64,000 bases of DNA from Candidatus Kaiserbacteria bacterium (lineage in GTDB: Bacteria; Patescibacteriota; Minisyncoccia; Phycocordibacterales; UBA2100), in assembly GCA_028286585.1 (NCBI GenBank), contig JAQBRI010000005.1, positions 13,973-77,972 of the forward strand, given 5' to 3'. The translations under genes were made by a program, and so were the position numbers. Shown piece by piece: positions 11,960 through 25,229 of the stretch. Under the pieces are notes generated by a model. It ran no database searches, had not been told where the DNA came from, and saw only the letters and a list, made by a program, of their open reading frames with translations. Position 1 is the first letter of the stretch. Each line of letters opens with the position of its first letter.

Positions 11960-13447
11960 TTAGAATGACTGTCCTGTTGGCATTCCGGTTGGGAGGTTAC
12001 TGTTGATCTTTGGCTTTCTTGTTTTGATAAAAATTATAGCGATAACTATCAATATACACAGAACTAGGAAGCCAGCTATTGCCTCGAGAGGAAGAATCGT
12101 ACATCCAAACATTTGTACATAGAATGTAAGGTACGCGTCTATCGCGGGAATGAGGACACAATTATTCTGAGTGGTTTGTGCAGCAACTGGAGCCAGAGTT
12201 TGAGTGGTATCTGTATTTTCATCAGCGGTAATGGTAAACATCGACAAGTGGTCTACATAAAATGTGACAGTGTCATACGCAAAGACGGAATTAGGAATTC
12301 CTGACCATGGATCGACAGTCGTTTCCCTTGTTTTTAGATGGAGCCCTTGCTTGCCGCGGAAGCTTGTAGGAACAGGGAGTGTTATCTTGAGCAATTTACT
12401 AAACTTGTGTATTGGTGCATTTGTTATCGCATTATATGCAGAAATATCATACACATCTCCTACCGGTGGCTGCCCTGGCGTTTGATGCGCCGTTTGTACT
12501 GTTATGCGAAATACCGTCGGAACATTTGATGATCCTGGCTGCACCTCAAGCTTAACCATTCCTATACCAGGAAGAATTTGTTCGAGAATACCGCATTCGG
12601 TTGTCTTGAGAGTAAGGAGATCATTGGTTACCAATATACAATTTTTACCTGCGTTAAACGAATCGGAAACGGATGCAGTTGATGTAGATTGGCCGCCTGT
12701 TTTTATTATCGTATGAGTAGCTGGCGGCGGAGTCGTTGGCTCTGCATGTGTAGGGCTGGTCTTGGGATTAAAGATTGAAGCTGGATTGTTTGTATAGAGT
12801 GCTCCCAATGTTGCAACACTTACGGATAGAGAACTTGTTGGAGATGTTGAAGTCGCGACTCCGCCGCCACTAGAACCCCCAGTAGAACCACCACTGCTTG
12901 GGCTACCGCCGCCGCCCGTTACTGGTGCGCTACGCCAAGTGACAGAACGCCAGTCTGTTTGGACCCAACAGTTTGTACAATCAAATGTAATCGTGCCAAT
13001 ATTAGATCCGTTGCCAACCCCGGCCGCAGTACCCTGGAATCGTCCGTTGACGCCGATAGTTACTCCTGTAAAATTGATCCAACCAGTACCCGCTCCCCAT
13101 GCAAACCCTCCAAGATGTCCCTCGCCATCGTTGGTAACTCCTCCCTGACTTGGCGCCATGTTGATCCAGCCGGTATTACTATCCCACGCATAGCCAGTGA
13201 CAGCGGTGTCAGTTATTTGCAATCCCCCATTGGTAGTACCAAAATTGATCCAGCCGTCGTTGTTACTCCATGCATAGGCATGTACAGAGTCGATCGTACC
13301 AACAGATGTTGACGCAGAAGCGTATGATGCAAAGGTAAAGAATATACCCAAGAGAAGGATCGCATACTGCAGAAAAGTCCGATACGTTGATAGTGATAGT
13401 GTCCCCATACGTGTCTTATTATTCATAATTATATGAAAATTATACAC
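11960..13447 (-). CDS. hypothetical surface protein with three G(Y/F)AW-x-N-x-GWINF repeats and C-terminal TM anchor
   Basis: The product has a signal/TM N-terminus. The repeats are AYAWSNNDGWINF, GYAWDSNTGWINM and GFAWGAGTGWINF. It is Gly/Ser-rich and has a hydrophobic C-terminal helix followed by KTRKPK. It lies 4 nt upstream of the tail-fibre-like gene. Confidence 0.5.
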   Translation of the reverse strand: MYNFHIIMNNKTRMGTLSLSTYRTFLQYAILLLGIFFTFASYASASTSVGTIDSVHAYAWSNNDGWINFGTTNGGLQITDTAVTGYAWDSNTGWINMAPSQGGVTNDGEGHLGGFAWGAGTGWINFTGVTIGVNGRFQGTAAGVGNGSNIGTITFDCTNCWVQTDWRSVTWRSAPVTGGGGSPSSGGSTGGSSGGGVATSTSPTSSLSVSVATLGALYTNNPASIFNPKTSPTHAEPTTPPPATHTIIKTGGQSTSTASVSDSFNAGKNCILVTNDLLTLKTTECGILEQILPGIGMVKLEVQPGSSNVPTVFRITVQTAHQTPGQPPVGDVYDISAYNAITNAPIHKFSKLLKITLPVPTSFRGKQGLHLKTRETTVDPWSGIPNSVFAYDTVTFYVDHLSMFTITADENTDTTQTLAPVAAQTTQNNCVLIPAIDAYLTFYVQMFGCTILPLEAIAGFLVLCILIVIAIIFIKTRKPKINSNLPTGMPTGQSF

Positions 13448-13571
13448 TGGATGTACCTGTCCATCTAATAAGATAGGGGTAATAAGGGGATAACCGTAGT
13501 ACTAAATTTATTTTTATAAAAGCCCAGTAGTTAGTACTGCCGGGCTTTTAATGTGTTTCGAATCAAATTTG

Positions 13572-13644
13572 TGGACCCTACAGGACTCGAACCTGCCACC
13601 CCCTCATTGCAAATGAGGTGCTCTACCAGATGAGCTAAGGGCCC
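13572..13644 (-). tRNA. tRNA-Ala (anticodon TGC)
   Basis: The reverse complement folds as a cloverleaf: acceptor GGGCCCT/AGGGTCC with a G3·U70 wobble (the Ala identity element), anticodon loop TTTGCAA, T-loop TTCGAGT. It is 73 nt and CCA is not encoded. Confidence 0.85.
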
Positions 13645-13653
13645 AATTAATGC

Positions 13654-13920
13654 TTATGCATTATTCTCGGACTCGAACATTGTATCACTTTCTTTTGACA
13701 TTTCAATATCTTTATCGGTGACGGCTCCTGCATCGTGTGTTGACCACGAAACCACACAATATCCCCACCCGAGCTCGATATCCGGATGGTGCTGCATCTT
13801 TTCTGCGTAGTTTCCAAGCTTGTTTACAAACGCGAGTGCGCTTACAAAATCTGGAAATGCATACCGTTTGGTAAGCTTGATACCGTCATTTTGCCATTCG
13901 TTCAGTGTAGCGTTGTTCAT
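13654..13920 (-). CDS. 4a-hydroxytetrahydrobiopterin (pterin-4a-carbinolamine) dehydratase
   Basis: The 88-aa product has the EKMQHHPDIELGWGY motif, the PCD signature [E/K]xxxHHPx5-6[YW]. Confidence 0.8.
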   Translation of the reverse strand: MNNATLNEWQNDGIKLTKRYAFPDFVSALAFVNKLGNYAEKMQHHPDIELGWGYCVVSWSTHDAGAVTDKDIEMSKESDTMFESENNA

Positions 13921-14885
13921 ACATTCATTGCGAGCTTTATCAGGTGCTGCGCATAGTCCGAAACTGAAACCCCAACACTTTCAAGCATTTTTGGCGTAGC
14001 AGAAGCAGAATGCAATGCCGGCACGCTATCTGCCTCGAGTACATATACTCCCCGCGGACTTTTAATCATATCAACCTGAGACATGTGTTGCATACCGAGT
14101 ACCGCATGTACTTGCCGAGCAATATTTTCCATTTCACTTTTATTGTCATGGGTAAACTTTGTTGGTACAACATGTTCAATACTATTTTCGCTGTAATGCG
14201 ATGGTAAAAGTACTCGTGATTGCTTAGGAATGTTTTGTTGTGCAATCGGAAATACGTATACGTCTTGATTGCGAAAATTTTCTAGCACACTGGCATGCAC
14301 CTGCTCGCCATTAATATATTCTTCAACTAGTGCAGCTCCATAAGCGTCGAGAACGTCTCCAATAGCATCTGGTAAGTCACGTATTGTTGCAACATATCGC
14401 ACACCCGTTGAATGTCCTTCGGAAACTGGTTTAACAACGTACGGTGGCGCAAATGTCTCAAAGACCTGCATCGCCATAGTCCCGGTGTCGATATCATCTG
14501 AAAGCGCAAATGGCATTCCTTGCGGCGTCATAATATCTGCGGCGCGAAGCGCCTCTCGTGCACGAATTTTGTTATGGGCAAGTGCTGCAGCAGGGGCGCG
14601 CGACCCTGCGTACGCAATACCTTGTTGTTCCAAAAATCTGCTTACCGTTCCATCCTCACCCATACCGCCATGGAGTGCGTTTAACACTACGTCTGATTGT
14701 GCCAAAGCTTGTACCGGTGTCGTAGGAATACCCCGCGAATGCCATACGCCTTCCATGTCGATAAAGATGTCGCGAACCGTGTACTGATCCTCGGGCAAAG
14801 AGCGCAGATATTCTGCTCCGGTTTTAAGCGAGAGTGCATATTCACTTGATGGCCCTCCTCGCAACACCGCAACATTGATTTTCAT
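13917..14885 (-). CDS. ddl: D-alanine--D-alanine ligase
   Basis: The N-terminus is MKINVAVLRGGPSSEYALSLKTG and there is an ATP-grasp fold. The 322-aa product overlaps the downstream gene by 4 nt. Confidence 0.85.
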   Translation of the reverse strand: MKINVAVLRGGPSSEYALSLKTGAEYLRSLPEDQYTVRDIFIDMEGVWHSRGIPTTPVQALAQSDVVLNALHGGMGEDGTVSRFLEQQGIAYAGSRAPAAALAHNKIRAREALRAADIMTPQGMPFALSDDIDTGTMAMQVFETFAPPYVVKPVSEGHSTGVRYVATIRDLPDAIGDVLDAYGAALVEEYINGEQVHASVLENFRNQDVYVFPIAQQNIPKQSRVLLPSHYSENSIEHVVPTKFTHDNKSEMENIARQVHAVLGMQHMSQVDMIKSPRGVYVLEADSVPALHSASATPKMLESVGVSVSDYAQHLIKLAMNV

Positions 14886-14934
14886 ATCAATAGTATATCA
14901 CCGGAAATTTGTGAAAAAACACTTGGATCTGCTC

Positions 14935-16227
14935 TTAGAAAAGGGCGCGTCGCATGCGTTTGCGATGCTTTGTAATTGCAAATCGATGCGACTCGGCATT
15001 TGCAAGCAAAATATCCTTTTCAAACTGCTTTATAGAGGCGTCATCTCCAATAAGATGATCTGGTCTGTGGCGCGCATCTTTCACTACTCCCACAACAGGA
15101 ATAGAAAGTCCTGCGTTTTGTAACGAGTGCTCGGCAACTCGCACTTGTGCGGTACTTCCATCCACCGCTATTATTTGCGGCAAGGGCCATTCACGATGTG
15201 AAAGCCGTCGCACAATCATTTCAGAAAGCGATGCGACATCGTCATTGGTCGAGGTGCGAATTTTAAACATTCGATACGCACTTTTAATAGCTTCGCCTGC
15301 CTGAACTACCACCATAACTCCAAGTGTTTCAGATCCTCCTGTATGGGCCACATCATACGCTTCGATGCGAACACGTGATGATCCCCCATCAGATGCGAGG
15401 TCTGATTTGATAAGCGAGACGTCACGCACATGTGTTAATGCTGCAACCTGTCGCTGCAGTGTGCGAGCTTCTTCAAACCGTTCCTCCTTCGATGCCTTTT
15501 TCATTTCTCGAGCCAATCGCTGTTGAAGACCCTTGAACTTGCCAGAAAAAAGTTCGGCGATATTTCGTATCACCTCTTTGTATTCTTCTTGAGAAATTTC
15601 TCCGCTGCATACGCCCGGACAAAGCCCTAGCTGTCGGTTAAAGCACGGCCGACACTGCTTGTTTGCAGTTCTTTTTTTTGGGCTCTCATCCAGGTGCACG
15701 GTTGGTTCTTCGGCAAGTGTTGCCGCGCAAGGTGTGCACGTATCGTGAAATGGAAATATTTTACGGACTATTGCGAGCGCTTCTTTAAGTTGGCCACCAT
15801 GCGGAAACGGGCCAAACACATACTTGGTTGTGTATGGCACTGGGTGTACTGCATCAAAAAGTACACGACCACGCACTATGATGACGCGTGGAAAAGCCTC
15901 TTTGGTTATGGCAAGATAATTAAAACTCTTGTTATCTTTTTGATCGGTATTAGCAGGGGGCTGATGCTGCTTGATAAGACTTGCCTCGAGAATAAGCGCT
16001 TCGAGTACCGAATTAGTTTCGGTATACGAAATAGATGATGCCTTTTCTACCATCTGTGCGATAAGCGGTGAGCGCGTTGCAAGTAGGTCACTGGTAAAAT
16101 AGCTTCGCACTCGATCACGGAGCGAAGTCGCCTTGCCAATGTAAAGGACTTTTTTCTTGGCATCCCTAAAGACATACACCCCAGGTGCATCAGGAAGCTT
16201 TACCTTATTGAGGTCTTCTCGGGTCAT
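14935..16227 (-). CDS. uvrC: excinuclease ABC subunit C (short form, 430 aa)
   Basis: An N-terminal GIY-YIG motif is present (GVYVFRDAKKKVLYIGKATSLRDRVRSYF). There is a UvrB-interaction region and an RNase H-like endonuclease region. It lacks the usual C-terminal HhH extension. Confidence 0.8.
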   Translation of the reverse strand: MTREDLNKVKLPDAPGVYVFRDAKKKVLYIGKATSLRDRVRSYFTSDLLATRSPLIAQMVEKASSISYTETNSVLEALILEASLIKQHQPPANTDQKDNKSFNYLAITKEAFPRVIIVRGRVLFDAVHPVPYTTKYVFGPFPHGGQLKEALAIVRKIFPFHDTCTPCAATLAEEPTVHLDESPKKRTANKQCRPCFNRQLGLCPGVCSGEISQEEYKEVIRNIAELFSGKFKGLQQRLAREMKKASKEERFEEARTLQRQVAALTHVRDVSLIKSDLASDGGSSRVRIEAYDVAHTGGSETLGVMVVVQAGEAIKSAYRMFKIRTSTNDDVASLSEMIVRRLSHREWPLPQIIAVDGSTAQVRVAEHSLQNAGLSIPVVGVVKDARHRPDHLIGDDASIKQFEKDILLANAESHRFAITKHRKRMRRALF

Positions 16228-16413
16228 ATGTCCACACTATCCTAAACACGAAAAATAAGAAAGCTTTGAAGCGGTTTTGGAAATATTAAAAAGAAACAAG
16301 CCCGACACAAAAGTGACGGGCTAGTTGCAAAGAAGAAAGAGCATTAGGACTCGGATAAACCGCGAGTCAGTTATTGTTGCCTGTCGAATCACAAGATTCG
16401 AGTTGGCCTGTAC

Positions 16414-16845
16414 TCAGGGTAGCGCTTTCAACTTTTTTGTCAACTCCTCCGGCAGCAGATCTTCAACGGGAGCGTACGGAGAAGGGGGATGTGTCGCTCT
16501 TTCAATCATGGAGCCCGCATGACTTTTGACCCGTGTATTCATCCGAGCGCAACGATAAATACTGGTCCAGAGCGGCAAGAATTTCTTGACCTCTGCAGTG
16601 TCCGAATGTTGTGGACATTTTTTTAGCAGTATCGCCAGAATCAAAATATCCATTTCGCCGCCAGGATTCGCAACTTGGACAAGTTGAACAAGCGCCGAGT
16701 CGTCGAAAGCCCCTTCCTTAAGATAAGGGATCGCCATGTTGGCAATCGAGTCATCATCAGGGTTACTTATGGCAATTCTTTCAGCGATTATCCCACCTGT
16801 AAGAATTCGCATTGCCTTCTCCTTGATTTCTACGCCGAGCAGCAA
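16414..16845 (-). CDS. hypothetical protein (143 aa)
   Basis: The ORF lies between uvrC and uvrA on the same strand. No recognisable motifs were found. The start is possibly the internal MRILTGG. Confidence 0.3.
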   Translation of the reverse strand: MLLGVEIKEKAMRILTGGIIAERIAISNPDDDSIANMAIPYLKEGAFDDSALVQLVQVANPGGEMDILILAILLKKCPQHSDTAEVKKFLPLWTSIYRCARMNTRVKSHAGSMIERATHPPSPYAPVEDLLPEELTKKLKALP

Positions 16846-16899
16846 TCTCTCTATGCTCTAAAAATTCATACTACCATTAGAAAATGGCTTTGCAAGCAG

Positions 16900-19521
16900 T
16901 TATTTCTTAGCCCTTTTAAGAACACGTTTAAGATAATATCCCGTGTGAGAACCGTCGGTTTTTGAGACTTCCTCTGGTGTTCCCTTTGCAACAATATTTC
17001 CCCCGCCAGCGCCACCTTCTGGTCCCATGTCGATAATATAATCAGCACACTTAAGAAGATCGAGATTGTGCTCAATTACCACCACCGAATTTCCACGGTC
17101 TACCAACTTTTGCAAAATATCAATCAATTTTTGAACGTCGTCATAGTGCAATCCGACAGTCGGTTCATCAAGCAAATAAATGGTCTTGTTTTGCATCGGT
17201 CGATACAACTCCGACGCAATTTTGACGCGCTGCGCTTCACCGCCAGAAAGCGTCGTTGCACTTTGTCCAAGTGTAAGATATGAAAGTCCCACATCGGCAA
17301 GCGACTGAAGTCTGTCCGAAATTGCTGGAATGTCCTCAAAAAAGCGCCCTGCTTCTTCAACTGTCATCGAAAGAATGTCGTGAATATTCTTGTTCTTAAA
17401 TTTTACGTCAAGCGTCTCTTTCATGAACCGCTTACCATTACAAACATCACACGTTACGTACACGGTTGGCAAAAAGTGCATTTCGACTGCAATAAGACCA
17501 TTACCCTGACATGCTTCACATCGTCCTCCTTTTACGTTAAAAGAAAATCTTCCCGGTCCCCATCCTCGAGATTTTGATTCTTCGCTCATGGCAAACATAT
17601 CTCGAATATGCGTCCATGCGCCAGTATAGGTTGCCGGGTTAGAACGAGGTGTGCGACCAATCGCAGACTGGTCTATAAGAATTGCTCGACTCAAGTATTC
17701 GGTGCCGCTAAATTCTTTTGCATTAAATGTCTTTGCACTTCTCCAGCGTGAATCAAATCGTGCCTGCAAGTTGCGGTGTAGTATCTCATACAAGAAAGTT
17801 GATTTACCCGAACCCGAAACGCCAGTAATACAAACTAACTTACCGAGAGGCACATCGGCATTTACATTCTTAAGATTAAATTTGGTTGCGCCACGGATTT
17901 TGATACTTCCTTTGTCTTGTGTGCGACGCTGCGCTGGGATTTCGATTCGCGCTTCTTCGCGCAAATATGAAAGCGTTCGTGATCCGCTCTTGTTTGTTTT
18001 TGCAGTGAGCAAATCCTCGAGCCAGCCCGAAACAACAATGTTGCCTCCGTGGACTCCCGCCCCTGGTCCGATGTCTACAATATAGTCAGATGCATAAATG
18101 GTATCCTCGTCGTGCTCAACAACTATCACTGTATTTCCCAAATCACGCAAATGTTTGAGCGTATCAATAAGCTTGTCATTATCACGCTGATGGAGTCCGA
18201 TTGTTGGCTCATCAAGTACATAAAGCGCACCCACAAGACCACTGCCAAGCTGTGAAGCAAGACGAATGCGCTGCGCTTCTCCTCCAGAAAGAGTATTTGC
18301 CTTGCGATCGAGTGTAAGATATTCGATACCTACGTCGAGCATAAAGGTAAGTCGAGCGGTAATCTCTTTGATAACAGTGCGTGATATCTCTTCTTCCTTT
18401 GCAGAAAGTTTGAGCGAATCAAAAAAAGCACCGGCATTCTGAATAGACATCGATGTAAGGGTGACGATGTTTTTACCGGTCTTTGCGTCCCCTCCAATAA
18501 ACACATGTAGTGCCTCTGGGCGCAATCGTGCTCCGTGACACACATCACATTCTTCATCACTAAAAAGAAACTTTGTACCCAGTCCCTTACATTCTGAACA
18601 TGCTCCGTATGGACTGTTAAAAGAAAAGAGTCGCGGTTCAACTTCTGGAAATGAAAATCCATCGTATGGACACATGAACTTTGCTGAGATGAGATGCGTT
18701 TGACCATCGGGGTCGGTAACGGTTACCAGTCCTTCGGACTCAAGAAGTGCACGCTCGATTGCCTCGGATGCACGTTCTCGCGCAGCCTTAAGATCATCCC
18801 GAAATTCACTTACAAAAATATCATCAACAACAATATCAACCGTATGTTTTACATTCTTTTCGAGCACAATGCGTTCACGCAATGATTTTTCTTCTCCATC
18901 GATAACTACTTTTTCGTATCCCTTATTGAGATAGTCATAGAGCATTTGGTAGTATTCACCTTTTCGCCCTACAACTACAGGAGAACTAATACGCACTTTT
19001 GATTGCGTAACAGACGCGGTCAATTTCTTCCCATCTGCTTTTCCGGATTTTGTAGCTGCATCAACAAACTTTAATACCGTCTCCAATATTTCCTCGTTGG
19101 TAAGTTTTTTTATTTCACGGCCGCACACAAGACAATGGGGCTTTCCAACACGTGCATAGAGTACGCGAAGGTAGTCGTAAATTTCGGTAATCGTAGCAAC
19201 AGTCGAGCGCGGATTATTTGACCGGCTTTTTTGATCAATGGATATTGCTGGTGAGAGTCCGCTAATCTCATCAACATCGGGCTTTTGCATCTGTCTCAAA
19301 AATTGTCGGGCATATGCAGAGAGCGATTCGACATATTTGCGCTGGCCTTCGGCAAAAATAGTATCAAAGGCAAGGGATGATTTTCCACTTCCAGAAAGAC
19401 CGGTAAATACGATCATTTTGTCGCGAGGAACCTCAACACTCACATTCTTGAGGTTATGAGTACGAGCGCCTTTGATGACTATTTTGTTCGCACCTATGCT
19501 GTTTTTTGAAGTATCGCTCAT
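16900..19521 (-). CDS. uvrA: excinuclease ABC subunit A
   Basis: Two ABC ATPase modules are present ([15 protein letters not shown] and [13 protein letters not shown] with LSGGEAQR signatures) and there are zinc-finger Cys clusters. The product is 873 aa. Confidence 0.95.
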   Translation of the reverse strand: MSDTSKNSIGANKIVIKGARTHNLKNVSVEVPRDKMIVFTGLSGSGKSSLAFDTIFAEGQRKYVESLSAYARQFLRQMQKPDVDEISGLSPAISIDQKSRSNNPRSTVATITEIYDYLRVLYARVGKPHCLVCGREIKKLTNEEILETVLKFVDAATKSGKADGKKLTASVTQSKVRISSPVVVGRKGEYYQMLYDYLNKGYEKVVIDGEEKSLRERIVLEKNVKHTVDIVVDDIFVSEFRDDLKAARERASEAIERALLESEGLVTVTDPDGQTHLISAKFMCPYDGFSFPEVEPRLFSFNSPYGACSECKGLGTKFLFSDEECDVCHGARLRPEALHVFIGGDAKTGKNIVTLTSMSIQNAGAFFDSLKLSAKEEEISRTVIKEITARLTFMLDVGIEYLTLDRKANTLSGGEAQRIRLASQLGSGLVGALYVLDEPTIGLHQRDNDKLIDTLKHLRDLGNTVIVVEHDEDTIYASDYIVDIGPGAGVHGGNIVVSGWLEDLLTAKTNKSGSRTLSYLREEARIEIPAQRRTQDKGSIKIRGATKFNLKNVNADVPLGKLVCITGVSGSGKSTFLYEILHRNLQARFDSRWRSAKTFNAKEFSGTEYLSRAILIDQSAIGRTPRSNPATYTGAWTHIRDMFAMSEESKSRGWGPGRFSFNVKGGRCEACQGNGLIAVEMHFLPTVYVTCDVCNGKRFMKETLDVKFKNKNIHDILSMTVEEAGRFFEDIPAISDRLQSLADVGLSYLTLGQSATTLSGGEAQRVKIASELYRPMQNKTIYLLDEPTVGLHYDDVQKLIDILQKLVDRGNSVVVIEHNLDLLKCADYIIDMGPEGGAGGGNIVAKGTPEEVSKTDGSHTGYYLKRVLKRAKK

Positions 19522-19582
19522 AGAATTAAGAGCTCAATTATAACACATTAAGAGCAAAAATATAAGCCCGTAAGCCTGATTT

Positions 19583-20506
19583 TTAGAGCAGGGTTACCTC
19601 TTCTTGGAGCGTGATGCCATATTCTTTGTATACCGCATGTTTGATGCGCTCAGCAAGCTGCGTCACGTCATATGCTGTCGCCGAACCGGTTTCATTTACC
19701 AAATAGTTTGGGTGCTGTACGCTGGCTATTGCACCGCCTTCCCGCTCGCCTTTCAAACCTACTTTATCAATAAGCCATCCGGCCGGCACTCTACCCTCGC
19801 GGGCTGTAGTTGCCTTTTCTGTCTCAAAATATTTTACAACGTGCTCGGGCGCAACCGGATTCATAAAGTATGATCCTGCGGCACGAACATTTTGCAGATG
19901 TCGAATCTCACGCTCATGGATCGTATGTTCGATTTCTGCGAGTATTTCCTTTTGGTCTTTTTCTGCCAATCGCATAGTTGCAGAAATAATAACCCACTCT
20001 GGATGTAACTTGAAAAAACTATTTCTATAACTAAATTCACATTCCTCTGTCGTAAATATCTTTTTCTCAAATGTATGAATATGCATTGCAGAGACCTCCA
20101 CCACAACATCTTTGATTTCGGTGCCAAAGGCGCCCGCATTGCCGCGCACCGCTCCGCCCAATGTTCCCGGAATGCCAGCAAGCTTTTCCCAACTACCAAG
20201 AATATGTTTAGCGGCGGCATCGATAAGGACCGACAAATTGCATCCAGATGAAGCGGTAAGCATATTTCCTTCAAACGAATAGCTGTCGCTCAGCATGCGA
20301 ATAACCAGCCCATCAAATCCATCATCGTCTATAAGCATGTTGCTGCCCCCAGCAAGAATGAAAAACGGAACCTCTTCTGTTTGTGCATAGCGAATTGCTT
20401 CTTCGATATCTGCTTCGGAACGTACCTCACAATACAAACGTGCGTTACCGCCAATCTCAAAAGTGGTAAGCGGTCCAAGTGGAATATCCTTTTGAATGGT
20501 AATCAT
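19583..20506 (-). CDS. murB: UDP-N-acetylenolpyruvoylglucosamine reductase
   Basis: The FAD-binding N-terminus is LTTFEIGGNARLYCEV...FFILAGGSNMLIDDDGFDGLVIRM. The product is 307 aa and is embedded between uvrA and uvrB. Confidence 0.85.
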   Translation of the reverse strand: MITIQKDIPLGPLTTFEIGGNARLYCEVRSEADIEEAIRYAQTEEVPFFILAGGSNMLIDDDGFDGLVIRMLSDSYSFEGNMLTASSGCNLSVLIDAAAKHILGSWEKLAGIPGTLGGAVRGNAGAFGTEIKDVVVEVSAMHIHTFEKKIFTTEECEFSYRNSFFKLHPEWVIISATMRLAEKDQKEILAEIEHTIHEREIRHLQNVRAAGSYFMNPVAPEHVVKYFETEKATTAREGRVPAGWLIDKVGLKGEREGGAIASVQHPNYLVNETGSATAYDVTQLAERIKHAVYKEYGITLQEEVTLL

Positions 20507-20514
20507 ACTAGCTA

Positions 20515-22584
20515 TTATATCTTGGTGTGCCCTTTTCTTACTTTTTTCTCCTTTGGCTTTGTTTTATCTTCTTCTTTTAACTTTTGTTCAAGATGCTGCA
20601 CCTCATCGCGAATAAGTGCTGCCGTTTCAAAATCAAGACTGTCTGCTGCATCATGCATTTGTCGGCGTTTCTCTGCAATCAATTTTTTAGTATCTCCGCC
20701 AAATGCCGCGCTATCCAACTCGGCAAGTTCGGTAACAGCACGACTGCGGGCACGGGTAATGTCTCCGACAATATCCTTAATGCGGGTCTTTACTGTTGCT
20801 GGAGTAATGCCATGTTTGGTGTTATATGCAATCTGAATTGCACGACGGCGATTAGTCTCACCAATCGCACGCTCCATCGATCCTGTCATGACATCGGCAT
20901 ACAAAATAACTCTTCCATCAACGTTACGTGCCGCGCGTCCAATGGTTTGAATAAGTGAAGTCTCGCTACGCAAAAATCCTTCTTTGTCTGCATCTAGAAT
21001 TCCAACCAGTTCCACCTCGGGAAGATCGAGTCCTTCGCGCAACAAGTTTACACCGATCAAAACATCAAACTCTCCTTTGCGGAAATTGGTCAAGATTTCG
21101 ATACGTTCAATCGTTTTTATATCACTGTGTACATATCGCGCCTTAATTTTTTTGCCAATGAGAAATTCGGTCAAGTCTTCTGCCATTTTTTTCGTGAGTA
21201 CGGTAACCATAGATCGTGCACCTTTTTTTGTCACCAGTTCCGCTTCGCGTAGAAAATCTTTTACCTGTCCTTCGTAGTCGATTCCAGACACGACAGGGCG
21301 TACGATAATCTCGGGATCAATAAGACCAGTTGGGCGAATGATTTGAGAAACTGGTTCGCCACTGTGTTCTATTTCATATTTACCCGGCGTTGCACTAGTA
21401 TAAATTGTTTGTGAGACATTTTTCTCAAATTCTTTAAATGTAAGCGGACGATTATCGAGCGCACTCGGAAGTCTAAATCCGTGCTCAATGAGCATTTCTT
21501 TGCGAGACCGATCGCCTGCATACATACCACCAATTTGTGGCACTGCCACGTGCGACTCGTCGATCACCGTCAAAAAGTTTGGCGTGCCGTCCTTAAGATG
21601 TGGAAAGTAAGACATCAGCGTATATGGCGGTTCTCCCGGTTGTCTTCGGTCAAAATGTCTCGAGTAGTTTTCGATACCGTTACAATATCCAAACTCTCTG
21701 ATCATACTTATATCCTGCCGTGTACGACGCTTGAGTCGTTCGTGTTCGAGTATCTTTTCGGCACCCTGAAGTTGCTTTAGTCGTGCAGCAAGTTCAAGTT
21801 CCATTTCGGCAACAGCGGCATCTTGTACTTCCTTTGGAGTCACATAGTGTTTTGCGGGAAATATAAATACTGCATCATGTGTTGCATCAATCACTCGCGT
21901 GACCGAGTTCATTTCCTCGATCTGACTAATTGCTCCCTGAGAAAGGTCAACTCGATACACTACTCGCTCACTGGCTGGCATGATTTCAACGTAACTTCCC
22001 AATGCTCTAAATGAACCAGGTGAAAGATCTCCGGCAACACGTTCAAAATACATACTGACTAGTTTTTTTGTGAGATCCGAGCGTGTCATCTTTTCACCCT
22101 TGACCAGTTTCATGTTGACCTTTTGATATTCGATTGGACTACCCAATCCATAGATACACGAAACAGACGCGACGATTATAACGTCATCGCGAGTAAGCAA
22201 TGCTTGCGTTGCAGCGTGTCGCAAACGCTCAATATCTTCGTTGACCATCGCCTCCTTTTCGATAAACGTGTCAGACGACGGAACGTATGCTTCTGGCTGA
22301 TAGTAGTCGTAATATGAAACAAAATAATGCACCGCATTATCAGGAAAAAATTCTCGGTACTCGGCTGCAAGTTGAGCGGCAAGTGTTTTATTATGCGCAA
22401 TCACCAAAGTGGGTTTTTGAATTTGCTGGATTACATTTGCAATGGTAAATGTCTTACCAGAACCAGTAACACCAAGCAGCGTCTGATCACGAACGCCTGC
22501 CTTTACTCCCTTTACCAAGGCTTCGATTGCCGTTGGCTGGTCTCCAGCTGGTGCGTAATTACTTTTGAGATTAAATCGGGCCAT
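20515..22584 (-). CDS. uvrB: excinuclease ABC subunit B
   Basis: The N-terminal helicase motif is LLGVTGSGKTFTIANVI. The beta-hairpin, DEAD-like motif DESH, helicase C-terminal region and the C-terminal UvrC-interaction region are present. The product is 689 aa. Confidence 0.95.
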   Translation of the reverse strand: MARFNLKSNYAPAGDQPTAIEALVKGVKAGVRDQTLLGVTGSGKTFTIANVIQQIQKPTLVIAHNKTLAAQLAAEYREFFPDNAVHYFVSYYDYYQPEAYVPSSDTFIEKEAMVNEDIERLRHAATQALLTRDDVIIVASVSCIYGLGSPIEYQKVNMKLVKGEKMTRSDLTKKLVSMYFERVAGDLSPGSFRALGSYVEIMPASERVVYRVDLSQGAISQIEEMNSVTRVIDATHDAVFIFPAKHYVTPKEVQDAAVAEMELELAARLKQLQGAEKILEHERLKRRTRQDISMIREFGYCNGIENYSRHFDRRQPGEPPYTLMSYFPHLKDGTPNFLTVIDESHVAVPQIGGMYAGDRSRKEMLIEHGFRLPSALDNRPLTFKEFEKNVSQTIYTSATPGKYEIEHSGEPVSQIIRPTGLIDPEIIVRPVVSGIDYEGQVKDFLREAELVTKKGARSMVTVLTKKMAEDLTEFLIGKKIKARYVHSDIKTIERIEILTNFRKGEFDVLIGVNLLREGLDLPEVELVGILDADKEGFLRSETSLIQTIGRAARNVDGRVILYADVMTGSMERAIGETNRRRAIQIAYNTKHGITPATVKTRIKDIVGDITRARSRAVTELAELDSAAFGGDTKKLIAEKRRQMHDAADSLDFETAALIRDEVQHLEQKLKEEDKTKPKEKKVRKGHTKI

Positions 22585-22631
22585 TACCCTACTGTACCAA
22601 AAATCTTGCTAAAAATCCTCTTTCGCAAGCT

Positions 22632-25135
<2,504 letters not shown>

Positions 25136-25229
25136 GTAAAAACTTTCCTAGCGGCCAAGAAACATCAGTGATGGGGCTGATTATGTCGCGTGACACAATC
25201 AACCCCATACCTACTTGAATAGTAACAAC

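Noticed and set aside
11960-13447. C-terminal …LPTGMPTGQSF / LPLEA + TM + KTRKPK of the GWINF-repeat protein as a sortase signal
   Set aside because: There is no T-G dipeptide positioned before the hydrophobic helix. LPTG occurs after the TM and basic segment, so it does not fit sorting-signal topology.
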